From an uncultured Clostridia bacterium (GTDB lineage: Bacteria; Bacillota; Clostridia; TANB77; CAG-508), in the NCBI GenBank assembly GCA_944386135.1, contig CALWZW010000002.1:31926-95925 (forward strand): a DNA stretch of 64,000 nt, given 5' to 3'. Below are positions 32,521-42,019 of this stretch, one piece after another. Every line of letters begins with the position of its first letter. The first letter of the stretch is position 1. The position numbers and the translations under genes were made by a program. Below the pieces are notes generated by a model. The model searched no databases and was not told the DNA's origin. It saw nothing but the letters and a program-made list of their open reading frames with translations.

Positions 32521-34065
32521 TTATCTTGCTTTGATACTAAATGGTGATGTTGCTGTTCCAGAACCTGTTTCTCCAATCGTAACGGATGATCGATCAATTT
32601 CAACTACGGGGCGCACCGCAGAGCTAATGCTGTAGTTGTAGCTGCCCGAGTAATACAAATGGTTGGCGTCCACAGTACCACCGCCCACAAAGAACATCCT
32701 GAAATTCGCAATGAGACTGTTAAAGCCGACGCAGCGCGAAGCGAGCCAATACGTTGTCGAGTTCTCTGGGACAAACATACTATAATATGTTGCTCCTACA
32801 TTGCTTCTTGTCATGTTGTATGAATAATATGTCCATTTTCCTTTTAATGTCGTAGCATGTGATGTCCCTGTTACATAATTTGTTTGGTCACTTAAGTCTA
32901 AATCTTTTCCATATATTTCATTTACTGAGCCTGTTAATTCATCTGCAAATATATTTGGATAATATGTATTTGATGGCGAATATTCTCTTCCATAATTTGA
33001 ATATCCGTTTTTATTATATGTTGACACTTCTTCTATATCTCTTATTTTTAAACTTCTTCCTACTGCACTTAAGCTACTATTACTATACATTGCTTTACAC
33101 GCATCATCTAATAGTTTTACTCCATTATTATATCCATTTGCTCCACTTAAGTAAAATCCTGTATTTGCTGTTGTATCCGATATTAATGTAATTGTAGTAT
33201 CATCTACAAACATTATTCTCCATTTTAAACTTGTTATTGTTGAAAAACTTTTGTTACTACTTCCATTATATGTTCCTTGCGATGTAAAGCTTCCACTTAC
33301 TGGTGTATAATCTATATACTCTCCTATGCTTGCTTTTAACTCTTCTGTTGGCAATCCATTATCCTGTGTTCCTTGTTTTGTTATTGCACTTGTTGTTTGA
33401 TATCCTGCTCTATCTGATACTATGACTCTTATATAATAATTCTTTCCTACTTCTAAGTTTGTATATGTATATGAACATGTTCCTTCTGTACTCGCTTCTG
33501 TTCTTACTGTCGTAAAATCTTCATCATTCTCTGTTCCTATATTATCTACACTACTCATTCCGGTTAGCTCATCATAATATACTTGATATACATACCCTTC
33601 TTGCACAGTTACTATTATATCTTTACTTTCTTCATTTGGCACTGCTGATTTTATCCATGACTCATTCTCCATATCTGCTGCCATACTTGTTACTGTTGTC
33701 GTTCTTCCTGCTAAGCTATCTGCTAGTATAATACTATGTACTAATTGCTCTATCTGCTCTTTATATTGCTGATACTTGTAGTCATCTACTGCTTCTTCTG
33801 TTCCGACTATTATCCCTTCATCTCCTGTGATTTGGCTTACTGCAACTCCTACTAGTATGACAAGTAATATTACTGTAACTAGCAATGCAATTAATGTAAT
33901 TCCTCTTTCTTCCCTTGTTTTTTTGAATTCGTATGATTTTTGTGTACTATTAATATACCCTTTAATTAGGGCATAATGGTTTGGTCTGACTTTGATTTTC
34001 ATTTTTGGTTTGGTTTCCTCCTTGTTCTTTAGTTTAGTTTTTTGTGTCTTTTCGAAATCTGCCAA
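32521..34065 (-). CDS. large pilin-like surface protein. A 54 aa leader precedes a non-canonical type IV prepilin-like segment G-ITLIALLVTVILLV (no Glu+5). TTG start.
   Basis: 514 aa. The start codon TTG at 34063-34065 lies inside a 39 bp palindrome arm. The hydrophobic helix resembles a minor-pilin (GspK/PilX-like) N-terminus. The remainder is Thr/Ser/Tyr/Asn-rich. Confidence 0.5.
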   Translation of the reverse strand: MADFEKTQKTKLKNKEETKPKMKIKVRPNHYALIKGYINSTQKSYEFKKTREERGITLIALLVTVILLVILVGVAVSQITGDEGIIVGTEEAVDDYKYQQYKEQIEQLVHSIILADSLAGRTTTVTSMAADMENESWIKSAVPNEESKDIIVTVQEGYVYQVYYDELTGMSSVDNIGTENDEDFTTVRTEASTEGTCSYTYTNLEVGKNYYIRVIVSDRAGYQTTSAITKQGTQDNGLPTEELKASIGEYIDYTPVSGSFTSQGTYNGSSNKSFSTITSLKWRIMFVDDTTITLISDTTANTGFYLSGANGYNNGVKLLDDACKAMYSNSSLSAVGRSLKIRDIEEVSTYNKNGYSNYGREYSPSNTYYPNIFADELTGSVNEIYGKDLDLSDQTNYVTGTSHATTLKGKWTYYSYNMTRSNVGATYYSMFVPENSTTYWLASRCVGFNSLIANFRMFFVGGGTVDANHLYYSGSYNYSISSAVRPVVEIDRSSVTIGETGSGTATSPFSIKAR

Positions 34066-34175
34066 TAGGGACGCATCTAAAATGGCAGGTTTTCGAAAAA
34101 TAAGTTTATTAGATTTTAATTTTAATCAAAACCTGCCATTTTAGATGCGTCCCTATTGGCAGATTTCGTTATTAA
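34063..34175. repeat. REPIN-like inverted doublet: two 39 bp arms AAATCTGCCAATAGGGACGCATCTAAAATGGCAGGTTTT, perfect, separated by 35 bp
   Basis: Perfect inverted repeat. It overlaps the start codon of the 32521-34065 gene. Confidence 0.8.
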
Positions 34176-34194
34176 CTTTGTATAGTTTTTATCA

Positions 34195-34392
34195 CTCTAG
34201 TGAAGAATAAATATAAATTGATGAAATTAGCGCCTGCAAGTATTTCGAATTAGAAATTGTTAATTTTCAAAACGAGTAAGATTCACGTTTGCCGTGAAAA
34301 AGGCTTGTTTTGAAAATTACTACAATTTCTATGAAGAAATACGTAGCTTAAGCTAATTGAAGAATATTTATATTTATTCTTCACTAGAGTAC
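34195..34392. repeat. nested palindrome: outer 24 bp inverted repeat CTCTAGTGAAGAATAAATATAAAT flanking about 145 bp, which contain a second imperfect 28 bp inverted repeat and a central TCACG-N5-CGTGA hairpin
   Basis: Inverted repeats seen directly. Lies between the divergent pilin-like gene and the XRE regulator. Confidence 0.75.
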
Positions 34393-34782
34393 AGTATATT
34401 TAAAATTATTCTATACATTATACACAAAAGCTAACTCTTGCTTTGTGCTTCTCTCCTTATGGTTAAAAACTAAATGGTAAAAGTCAAAACCAAACAAAAC
34501 CAAAACCATATTAGTTTCCACCCATAAAGAGAGAAATATGTTGAAATACCTTAAATGTAGCTTACAAACAATTACTTGTTCTATCTACAAATTGCCTCAA
34601 TATTTTTAGTCATATTACGACTATATTAATTATTATAGTCATAATATAACTAATTGTCAATAGTTAAATTTTGATTATTGTAAAATATTTCTGTATGTAT
34701 TTTTGTGCAATTATTTTTAGGAGTTATTTTAGAGACTATTTATAAAATTTATAGTCTTTAATTATCGTTAATGGAGGGTGTT

Positions 34783-35007
34783 ATGATTAGATTAAAAGAT
34801 TTAAGAGAGGATAGAGATTTATCCCAGAATGATATTGCAAGAATGTTAAATATTTCCCAGACAAATTATAGTAAATATGAACTTAATAAAATAAATATTC
34901 CACTTGAAACTTTAAAAAAATTAGCGTTTTTTTTCGATACAAGTATAGATTATATTTTAGGCATAACAAATGTAATTACTCCATATCCAAGAGCAAAAAA
35001 TAATTAA
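34783..35007 (+). CDS. XRE-family (Cro/C1-type HTH) transcriptional regulator
   Basis: GGAGGGTG RBS, then ATG at 34783. LSQNDIARMLNISQTNYSKYE is the HTH_3 motif. Confidence 0.75.
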   Translation: MIRLKDLREDRDLSQNDIARMLNISQTNYSKYELNKINIPLETLKKLAFFFDTSIDYILGITNVITPYPRAKNN

Positions 35008-35107
35008 TATAAAATAAAAAGTCAAAACCAACCATAGATTTTTTCGCTATGGCTTATTTTTTTCATCAAAAAAAGACACTTCTCAAAGTGCCTTTTTAAT
35101 TTACATA

Positions 35108-35389
35108 TTAGTTTTGTGTGTATGGTAACATAGCAATATGTCTACATCTCTTAACAGCAAGTGTTATATCTCTTTGATGTTTAGCACAAGCTCCAGTAGC
35201 TCTTCTTGGTAAAATTTTACCTTTATCGTTGATAAATTTCTTTAATTGATCTGGATTCTTGTAATCTAATACTAAGTTTTTATCTGCACATAATGGGCAA
35301 ACTTTCTTTCTTTGTTTTCTAAACTTAGGATTATAATCATCATCATTATTTCTGTTATTTCTTCTATTATTTTGCTTCTTATCAGCCAT
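35108..35389 (-). CDS. rpsR: 30S ribosomal protein S18
   Basis: [10 protein letters not shown]...[32 protein letters not shown]. Confidence 0.9.
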   Translation of the reverse strand: MADKKQNNRRNNRNNDDDYNPKFRKQRKKVCPLCADKNLVLDYKNPDQLKKFINDKGKILPRRATGACAKHQRDITLAVKRCRHIAMLPYTQN

Positions 35390-35417
35390 TTTCTCTTTCC
35401 CCCTATCTTAGTAATTT

Positions 35418-35846
35418 TTAAAATGGCAAGTCGTCACTAGGTGTTAATTCAAATTCACTATTTTGAGCCATATCTGCTCCAAAAGTATTTTCAAAGCTTC
35501 CACTGTTATCTCCAGAGCCTGAATCTCTTTTGCTATCTGCAAAATATGCTTCCTCTGCAATAACTTCTGTTACATAATGTTTTTGTCCTTTATCATCTTC
35601 CCAATTTCTTGTTTGAATTCTACCTATTATACCAACTTGTTGTCCTTTTTTGAAATATTTGCTGCAAAATTCTCCTTGCTTTCCCCAAGCAACTATATTT
35701 ATAAAATCTGCTTGTCTTTCTTCTCCTTGTCTCACAAATCTTCTATTTACTGCAAGAGAAAAACTTGCAACTAAAGTATTGTTTGTTTGAGTGTATCTAA
35801 CTTCTGGGTCTCTTGTAAGTCTTCCCATTAATATTACTTTGTTCAT
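35418..35846 (-). CDS. ssb: single-stranded DNA-binding protein
   Basis: OB fold, Gly/Ser-rich tail and terminal DDLPF. Confidence 0.92.
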   Translation of the reverse strand: MNKVILMGRLTRDPEVRYTQTNNTLVASFSLAVNRRFVRQGEERQADFINIVAWGKQGEFCSKYFKKGQQVGIIGRIQTRNWEDDKGQKHYVTEVIAEEAYFADSKRDSGSGDNSGSFENTFGADMAQNSEFELTPSDDLPF

Positions 35847-35940
35847 TTATTATTCCTCCTTGATATACTTATTTGCCTCCTGGATAGAGTTATATATCTT
35901 CAGGCTTAAGTATTGTACAAACAATACTTAAAATTCAAGA

Positions 35941-36228
35941 TTATTCTTCATCTTTTCTAACTACGATAAATTTTATAATCTCATCTGTTATTCTGTAATT
36001 TCTTTCAAGTTCAGCAATTAATTCTGGTTTAGCTTCAAATGTAAATAGAACATAATAAGCTTCTTTATTTTTTCCTATTTCATAAGCTAATTTTCTTTTT
36101 CCCATTTCAGTAACTTCTGAAACTTTTCCTTCAGTATTGATCAAATCTGTAAATCTTGTTATTAATCCTTTGATAACTTCTTCCTCAACATTTTGACCAA
36201 TAATGATTATACTTTCGTATTTATTCAT
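35941..36228 (-). CDS. rpsF: 30S ribosomal protein S6
   Basis: 95 aa. MNKYESIIII...GKRKLAYEI. Confidence 0.9.
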   Translation of the reverse strand: MNKYESIIIIGQNVEEEVIKGLITRFTDLINTEGKVSEVTEMGKRKLAYEIGKNKEAYYVLFTFEAKPELIAELERNYRITDEIIKFIVVRKDEE

Positions 36229-36520
36229 TATTTTTCACCTCCTTATGGATATATAGCCCATTTTCTAAAATGAGCAAGGACGAAAAATTAGTATTCGTCT
36301 AATTAACGCATATTATTTTAACACATATAACTTCATTTTGCAAGCTTTTAGTAAGAAAAATTTGTCTGTATTTTACAAATCTATATCTGTTCCAATCGTC
36401 TGAAATCCCATTCTCTTTACTATTTATAATAATTGTGATATAATAAATATGAAGTTATGGTTTTATCCTAACAGGCACATTGACAACATGATATGAGGTG
36501 TAATATTGGAGGAAAATATC

Positions 36521-36925
36521 ATGAAGAAATGCTTACTATACGTTTTTTTGACAACACTCGTAATTGTTTATGCAATGTTATGGTCGAGCGGTCTGCTCGA
36601 TTCTAATGAACACACCGTAGACTCTTCAGAAAATTCCCAAGTCGTCTGTGAAATCCCTGCCGTACGCTTTACAGGAACAATTAAGTATCCTTTTACTCCC
36701 GATAAGGGAAAAAATTTGCTACTCTCCATAACTTGTTATGAGGGAAGTTGCCAAGTAAAAGTGTACAAAGGAAGAAGTACAACTCCTAGTAAAATCATAG
36801 ATCTCGTTGAAAACAAAGCAACCAATATTTATGAGATAGCAGAAAAGACAGGCGGCGAATCGTATACAATAACCATCACTGCAACAGAGCAGTCAATGGC
36901 TACGGGAATGGTTTCGGCTTCTTAG
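36521..36925 (+). CDS. small secreted Cys-containing protein of unknown function, compositionally atypical (GC-rich)
   Basis: GGAGG RBS, then ATG at 36521. Signal peptide, 3 Cys. Noticeably higher GC than its surroundings. It is the lone plus-strand gene in this stretch. Confidence 0.45.
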   Translation: MKKCLLYVFLTTLVIVYAMLWSSGLLDSNEHTVDSSENSQVVCEIPAVRFTGTIKYPFTPDKGKNLLLSITCYEGSCQVKVYKGRSTTPSKIIDLVENKATNIYEIAEKTGGESYTITITATEQSMATGMVSAS

Positions 36926-36952
36926 CAAAAAAATTCACACCTCTATCATGTA

Positions 36953-36992
36953 GAAAGCGGGAGTACTCTATGTGCTCCCGCTTTCTTTTACT
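36953..36992 (+). terminator. rho-independent terminator
   Basis: AGAAAGCGGGAGTACTCTATGTGCTCCCGCTTTCTTTT. GC-rich 13 bp stem followed by a T-run. Confidence 0.8.
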
Positions 36993-37000
36993 TAAGTTTT

Positions 37001-37474
37001 TTAATAATCTAATGTTACTGTTGGATTGTTACCAACTGTATGATATACTACACCTTTATAATTTATACCTTTCAAATAATATATAACATGGCTTTCAACA
37101 TTTATGATGTATGAATTTTCAGACAAAGCTTCGTAGTCATCCCCATAATTTAAAGTCAAGTTATCCAATTGACTTAAATCTATTGTGTAATACTCATTTC
37201 CATCGTTTCCAGAAAGATCTGATATAATATTTCTCAATTCATTTTTCGTATATGGATTACCTACTACTGGTAATTCTTCATGTTCAACATAGTATGCAGC
37301 AATCCTATCATTTAATGCCTCTATATCGTTCTCTAGTTTTGTAAGTCTTGAAATTTGAGTTGAGTCATATGCATTTGTTGCAAGTGTCGCAGTTATCATT
37401 ACCATTAATAATACTGTTACAACTAATGTTATCATTGTTATTCCATTTTCATTTTTTACATTATTTTTTATCAT
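37001..37474 (-). CDS. pilin-like protein with a non-canonical type IV prepilin-like N-terminus (MIKNNVKNENG-ITMITLVVTVLLMVMITATLATNAY)
   Basis: 157 aa. An 11 aa leader ends in Gly. A 25 aa hydrophobic helix ends in NAY (compare pilin PQY/PNY). No Glu+5. Confidence 0.5.
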   Translation of the reverse strand: MIKNNVKNENGITMITLVVTVLLMVMITATLATNAYDSTQISRLTKLENDIEALNDRIAAYYVEHEELPVVGNPYTKNELRNIISDLSGNDGNEYYTIDLSQLDNLTLNYGDDYEALSENSYIINVESHVIYYLKGINYKGVVYHTVGNNPTVTLDY

Positions 37475-37523
37475 ACGTATCCTATTCCTTTCGGTCTTTT
37501 ATATATATAGTTTACTATTAATC

Positions 37524-38238
37524 TTAATTTATTGCAATATAATTTTTTAATATTTTGTACATTTTTATTTTCATATTACATATTTTACTTGCTTTTATTA
37601 CTATTATCCAAATATATATTAAAACAAATATGTATGATATGTTTTGGTAAAAAATACTTATAGATACGATAACAAAAGTTAAAACAAATGCACCTCCCTT
37701 TGAAATAACATTTACTATTTGAAGTGCTTTTAGTTTACCAAGAAAAATATACAATATATTTTTTAAAATTCTCCCTCCATCTAGTGGATATATAGGCATC
37801 ATATTAAATATAAATATAAGTATATTTACATATATTAACGTGCTTATGCCTATTTTTAATATGTACTCCAAAATTGTGAATATAAATATAAAAATTAAGT
37901 TTATTAAAGGTCCAGCTAAAACTATTATTATCTTTTTCACTGTTAAAAGATTCGCTTTTAGTATTTTCTTGTTATAATTTTTAGTGTCAACTCTAAAAGA
38001 TACACCAAATCCTATAGGCATTACATCTAATTTTTGAACTTTAAATCCTAGCATAATTCCGAGTTAATATATGACCACATTCGTGTAAGAATGCAAAAAA
38101 CATCAGAAGTAAATATATATCTATTTCTCCACTTAGACAAAAAAATAAGACAAATATAAAAACTTTTAAATTAAACCTTATTTGCAACTCTCTACCTCTT
38201 TTCTTTAAAAGTTTAATATTAGTCTCGGATTTATGCAT
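37524..38238 (-). CDS. M50 site-2 protease, SpoIVFB-like, with an apparent frameshift near 38045
   Basis: HECGH (HExxH) is in the 38041-38238 frame. NMMPIYPLDGGRIL (LDG motif) is in the 37524-38054 frame. Confidence 0.65.
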
Positions 38239-39122
38239 ACATCATTTATTCTAATTTCAAAATGTAGATGAGGCCCTGTAGTATTTCCGTGTCGAACCGA
38301 ACTAGCGCAATTTCTTGTCCTTGGCTTATCGTATCTCCGAACTGATGCTAAAAGCTTGCTACAATGTGCATATACTGTTTTTACTTCTCCATTTTCAATC
38401 ATAATATAATTCCCATAACTTGAAGAATGTCTTGCTATAGTGACAGTTCCACTTGTTGCTGCTACTATACTCGTTCCAGTTACAGCTGCAATATCTATTC
38501 CTTTATGATATGTAGACATTACACTTGAAGTTGCTTCTCTTGTCCCAAATTCTGATGATACAGTGCCAGATACTGGCAGTATAAATGAATATTGCTGTTT
38601 TATTCTATCGGTTTCACTTAATTCTACATTTTTTACTTCTGTCTGTACCGTTGTTTCTTCAATCTCAGCAGATACAGCTGACACATTTTGATTCTCTATA
38701 TTTTCTTGTTCTGTAACTAAATTTTGTTCTTCATTTATTGTTTCATTTTCCATTTGTCCTTCTAGCTTATTTTCCTCTGTACTTTCTACATTTTGTATCC
38801 CTATAGAAGATATATAATTATTTATTACATTTATCACATTATTATATATCCCCATAAAATCCACATCATGTGATATTAATTCTTCTGTTTTATTTAAAGC
38901 ACTTTGTGAAAAACTATAGTTTGTTGTATCCACAAGATAAAATATAAAATATATTAACACGCATATTATTACTTGAAGAGCTAACCTCTTTAATAATTTA
39001 AAATTTCTTGGTTCAGATACATTTACTGTTGCTCTCTTTGTTCTCTCTCGTAAGTTCTGTCTTTGTGCATAAATTTCTTCTGCTCGTCTTATTCTTTCAT
39101 TAGAACTAATTGCTCTTTCCAT
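38205..39122 (-). CDS. M23/LytM family peptidase (SpoIVFA/SpoIIQ-like position), with a possibly frameshifted C-terminal part
   Basis: N-terminal TM. YHKGIDIAA and HLHFEI zinc-site motifs are present. The segment between them (SVRRYDKPRTRNCASSVRHGNT) looks out of frame. Confidence 0.6.
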   Translation of the reverse strand: MERAISSNERIRRAEEIYAQRQNLRERTKRATVNVSEPRNFKLLKRLALQVIICVLIYFIFYLVDTTNYSFSQSALNKTEELISHDVDFMGIYNNVINVINNYISSIGIQNVESTEENKLEGQMENETINEEQNLVTEQENIENQNVSAVSAEIEETTVQTEVKNVELSETDRIKQQYSFILPVSGTVSSEFGTREATSSVMSTYHKGIDIAAVTGTSIVAATSGTVTIARHSSSYGNYIMIENGEVKTVYAHCSKLLASVRRYDKPRTRNCASSVRHGNTTGPHLHFEIRINDVCINPRLILNF

Positions 39123-39234
39123 TTGTGCCTCCTCTTTTTAGTTTAACTTCTGTTATATTAATTTATATGTCCAACCAAAATTTTTAGCACAAATTTTACT
39201 TTTGTTGTGTCCAAAAGGACCCACTGACAAATAA

Positions 39235-39400
39235 CACAAATATAGAAATATGATAATACTATATTTAGCCGTTTTGGAGTAATATTTCTAATTTTTGAAG
39301 TGACGCGCAGTGAGGCTCCCCGAATAGGAATGACCATAGGTGAGTGGCGAAGCCAGCAAGGAACAATAAAATTAGAAATATTACTCCAAAAGGTAGGCGG
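39235..39400. repeat. MITE-like palindromic repeat element, copy 2 (inverted relative to 2800-2965)
   Basis: The reverse complement is near-identical to copy 1 over about 150 bp (TTTCCGCCTACCTTTTGGAGTAATATTT...GCTGGCTTCGCCACTC...TCGGGGAGCCTC...AAAATTAGAAATATTACTCCAAAA). Confidence 0.7.
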
Positions 39401-39452
39401 AAATTGTGTCATTTGTCTACGTCCCCTTTAACACACAACGACCGGATTAATA

Positions 39453-39797
39453 TTATTTTAATATACTCATAATTATACCTATTAAAGCTGTTATTCCTAA
39501 AAAGAAACTAGATATTTGAAGCTTTTTATATTTTATATTCATATTTCTTAACTCTTTTTTCATTTCTTTTGGCTTTTCTAACTCTTTTATATAATCTTGT
39601 ATAATTAATTCTGCTTCTCTTACTGCCAAGTCATAATTTCCTCCTGTTGATTTTTCCTGATTAATTGAATTCTTATTTTCTATTTTCTCTCTATTTTTTA
39701 ATTTAACATTCTTTTTTAATATTACTATTGCTTCATCTACAATATTAGATGGTAAGTCCCTTAAAACTATTATATTTTTCATTTGACTTGTATTCAT
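39453..39797 (-). CDS. hypothetical protein with a C-terminal TM anchor
   Basis: 114 aa ORF. Confidence 0.35.
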   Translation of the reverse strand: MNTSQMKNIIVLRDLPSNIVDEAIVILKKNVKLKNREKIENKNSINQEKSTGGNYDLAVREAELIIQDYIKELEKPKEMKKELRNMNIKYKKLQISSFFLGITALIGIIMSILK

Positions 39798-39868
39798 GTT
39801 CTATGTACCTCCTATATATTTGCTATATAGTAAGTATTTCCATATAAAAAAATGTTATACAGTAAATA

Positions 39869-40126
39869 TTAGTCTTTTTCGTTATTATCCCCTGATGCAA
39901 TTATTATACTTACATCATCCTGTTTTTTATATTTTGTTATAATATCATTTGAAAATGATGCGATTTCATTAGATAAAATTATAGTCTTACAATTATTTTT
40001 TATAAGTTCATCTATTTTTTTATCTGTATTTTCTGGATCTTCTAAACTGTACACATTAAATCCAAGATTTTGAAATATTTTAAAACTTTCTGTATCATTT
40101 TTGGTCTTTATCCAAGATATTTTCAT
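39869..40126 (-). CDS. small hypothetical protein (pattern weakly reminiscent of a V-ATPase subunit F-like fold)
   Basis: 85 aa ORF. Confidence 0.3.
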   Translation of the reverse strand: MKISWIKTKNDTESFKIFQNLGFNVYSLEDPENTDKKIDELIKNNCKTIILSNEIASFSNDIITKYKKQDDVSIIIASGDNNEKD

Positions 40127-40224
40127 ATTAATTCACCTAAAATTATTATTTGGCGTTTTTTTATTTTTATTCAAGCAAAAAATAACTTGTCAAAGCACAA
40201 ATACTATTGACAAGTTATTTTTTA

Positions 40225-41287
40225 TTATCTCATCATATATAAATTCTCTCCAGGATATGCAATTTTTATATTATCCATTTCTAATGCTTTTACTACAATT
40301 AAATTAACTCTTGTTTTAAATGTAAGAAAATCATCATAGTTAACTATTCTTGTATATAAATATATTCTTAATTTTAATGAAGCATCATCAATATTATCAA
40401 AATATACTCTAACTGAATCATCTATTACATCTTCGTCAGCTTCTAAAACACTTTTTAGCATAACTGTTACATTTTCTATTATTTGGCTCTTTGTTTCAAG
40501 CGGTAAGCTAACAGTAATATCTACTCTTCTTTTTGTCATCCTAGAATAATTTACTACTTCACTACTTGTTATTGTAGAATTTTGTACAGTTACTATTGTA
40601 TCATCTATTGCCCTTATTCTTGTACATCTGAATTTTACCTCTGTAACTGTTCCTTCATAAGTTCCAATTTTGACATAGTCTCCCACAATGAAAGGTTTAT
40701 CTGAAACTATTGCCATTCCACTCATTATATTTTCCGCTACATCTTGAGCAGCAAGAGCAATTACCACACTAGTTAGTCCGAAGTCCTGTAATTATACTAT
40801 TTATATCATATCCAAGTTCTGAAATTATTATAAATACAGCTATTACATATACTCCAACTTTTCCAGATTTGCTTATAGTATTTACTAATGTATCATCTCC
40901 ATGTATTTTATGACTTTCTTTAATCTTTCTTATTAATTTAGATTCTGGAGAAATTAAGTTTGATATTGTCCCTGCTACATTCCAAATTATTAATATTCTT
41001 ATTAATGTATTGCATACTCTAAACCAATCTTCTGGCAATTTTAACACAAGTACTGCTATATATATTCCTAGAAATAAGAAAATTCTTTTAATTGATTTGT
41101 ATAATGGATGTTTTTTTATATTTATTTGGTCTTTTTCTTTTAGTTTAAATATTTTTATTACTAAAAATGAAAGAAATGAACTTATCATAATAGATAATAT
41201 GACTATAACTACTGCAATTATGATATCTAATATTCTATCTTCTTTTATTTCTGTAAATGTTTTCATCCAGCTGTTTAATTGCTCCAT
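40225..41287 (-). CDS. MscS-family mechanosensitive channel, with an apparent frameshift near 40770-40800
   Basis: TM domain (40769-41287) and MscS beta/cytoplasmic domain (40225-40767, IVSDKPFIVGDYVKIG..GTVTEV) are in different frames. Confidence 0.7.
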
Positions 41288-41339
41288 ATATTATTTCCTT
41301 TCATGTAAAAATTAATATATATTTTATCAGATATCACAT

Positions 41340-41880
41340 TAAATATCAAGCATCCATTTGATCCCAAAGAACAACTTTATGTTCTTTTAATGTTTCTTTA
41401 ACATCTATAATTCTTTGATTTGAAGAGCCTCTAAATTTTAAACTAGGGTTTTTTAGCTCTTCTACAAATTTTCCGGTCTACTACATAATCTAAATATTTT
41501 AATAATTCATTTGTTGTTTCATTTGTTCTTGCCATTCCATTTAGTACTTGTTCATCAAAAAGAAAACCTGTATAACACCATATTGGTTTATCTGGATACA
41601 ATTCTTTTGCTTTTTTAACTATTGGAAGTAATCCCTCTTGATTCTTAAGCTCTAGTGGCTCTCCTCCAAGTAATGATAGTCCCTTTATGTAATCTGGCTT
41701 TAGAGCCTCCATTACTTCATTTTCTTCTTTTTCTGTAAATTTATTTCCATAGTTAAAATCCCATGCTTCTGAATTAAAGCAACCTTTGCAATAATGATTA
41801 CAACCACTCACAAATAAAGATACTCTAACTCCAGGTCCATTTGCTACATCACATTTTTTTATAGTTGCATAGTTCATATT
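41340..41880 (-). CDS. nrdG: anaerobic ribonucleoside-triphosphate reductase activating protein (radical SAM), C-terminal frameshift near 41465
   Basis: Start at MNYATIKK (41880). Radical SAM motif CNHYCKGC. The last roughly 40 codons continue in another frame down to about 41340. Confidence 0.75.
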
Positions 41881-42019
41881 CTTTCTCCTCTTATTTTTAT
41901 AATATAAAGTAATAATTCGAACAAAAATTATTATTTGGCTATACAGAGGTTGTAAGGATTTCACCTTTACAACCTCTGTATGCAATTTTATTTATGCTAA
42001 ATGATGATTATTGTTCGAA

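Noticed and set aside
34063-34175. Palindrome as a simple rho-independent terminator
   Set aside because: It lies at the 5' end (the start codon) of the minus-strand gene and has no flanking T-run in the gene orientation. A regulatory or REPIN-like role fits better.
39158-39412. 84 aa ORF (MTQFPPTFWSNISNF...)
   Set aside because: It lies entirely within the MITE-like repeat copy 2 and has no RBS. It is a spurious ORF created by the GC-rich repeat core.
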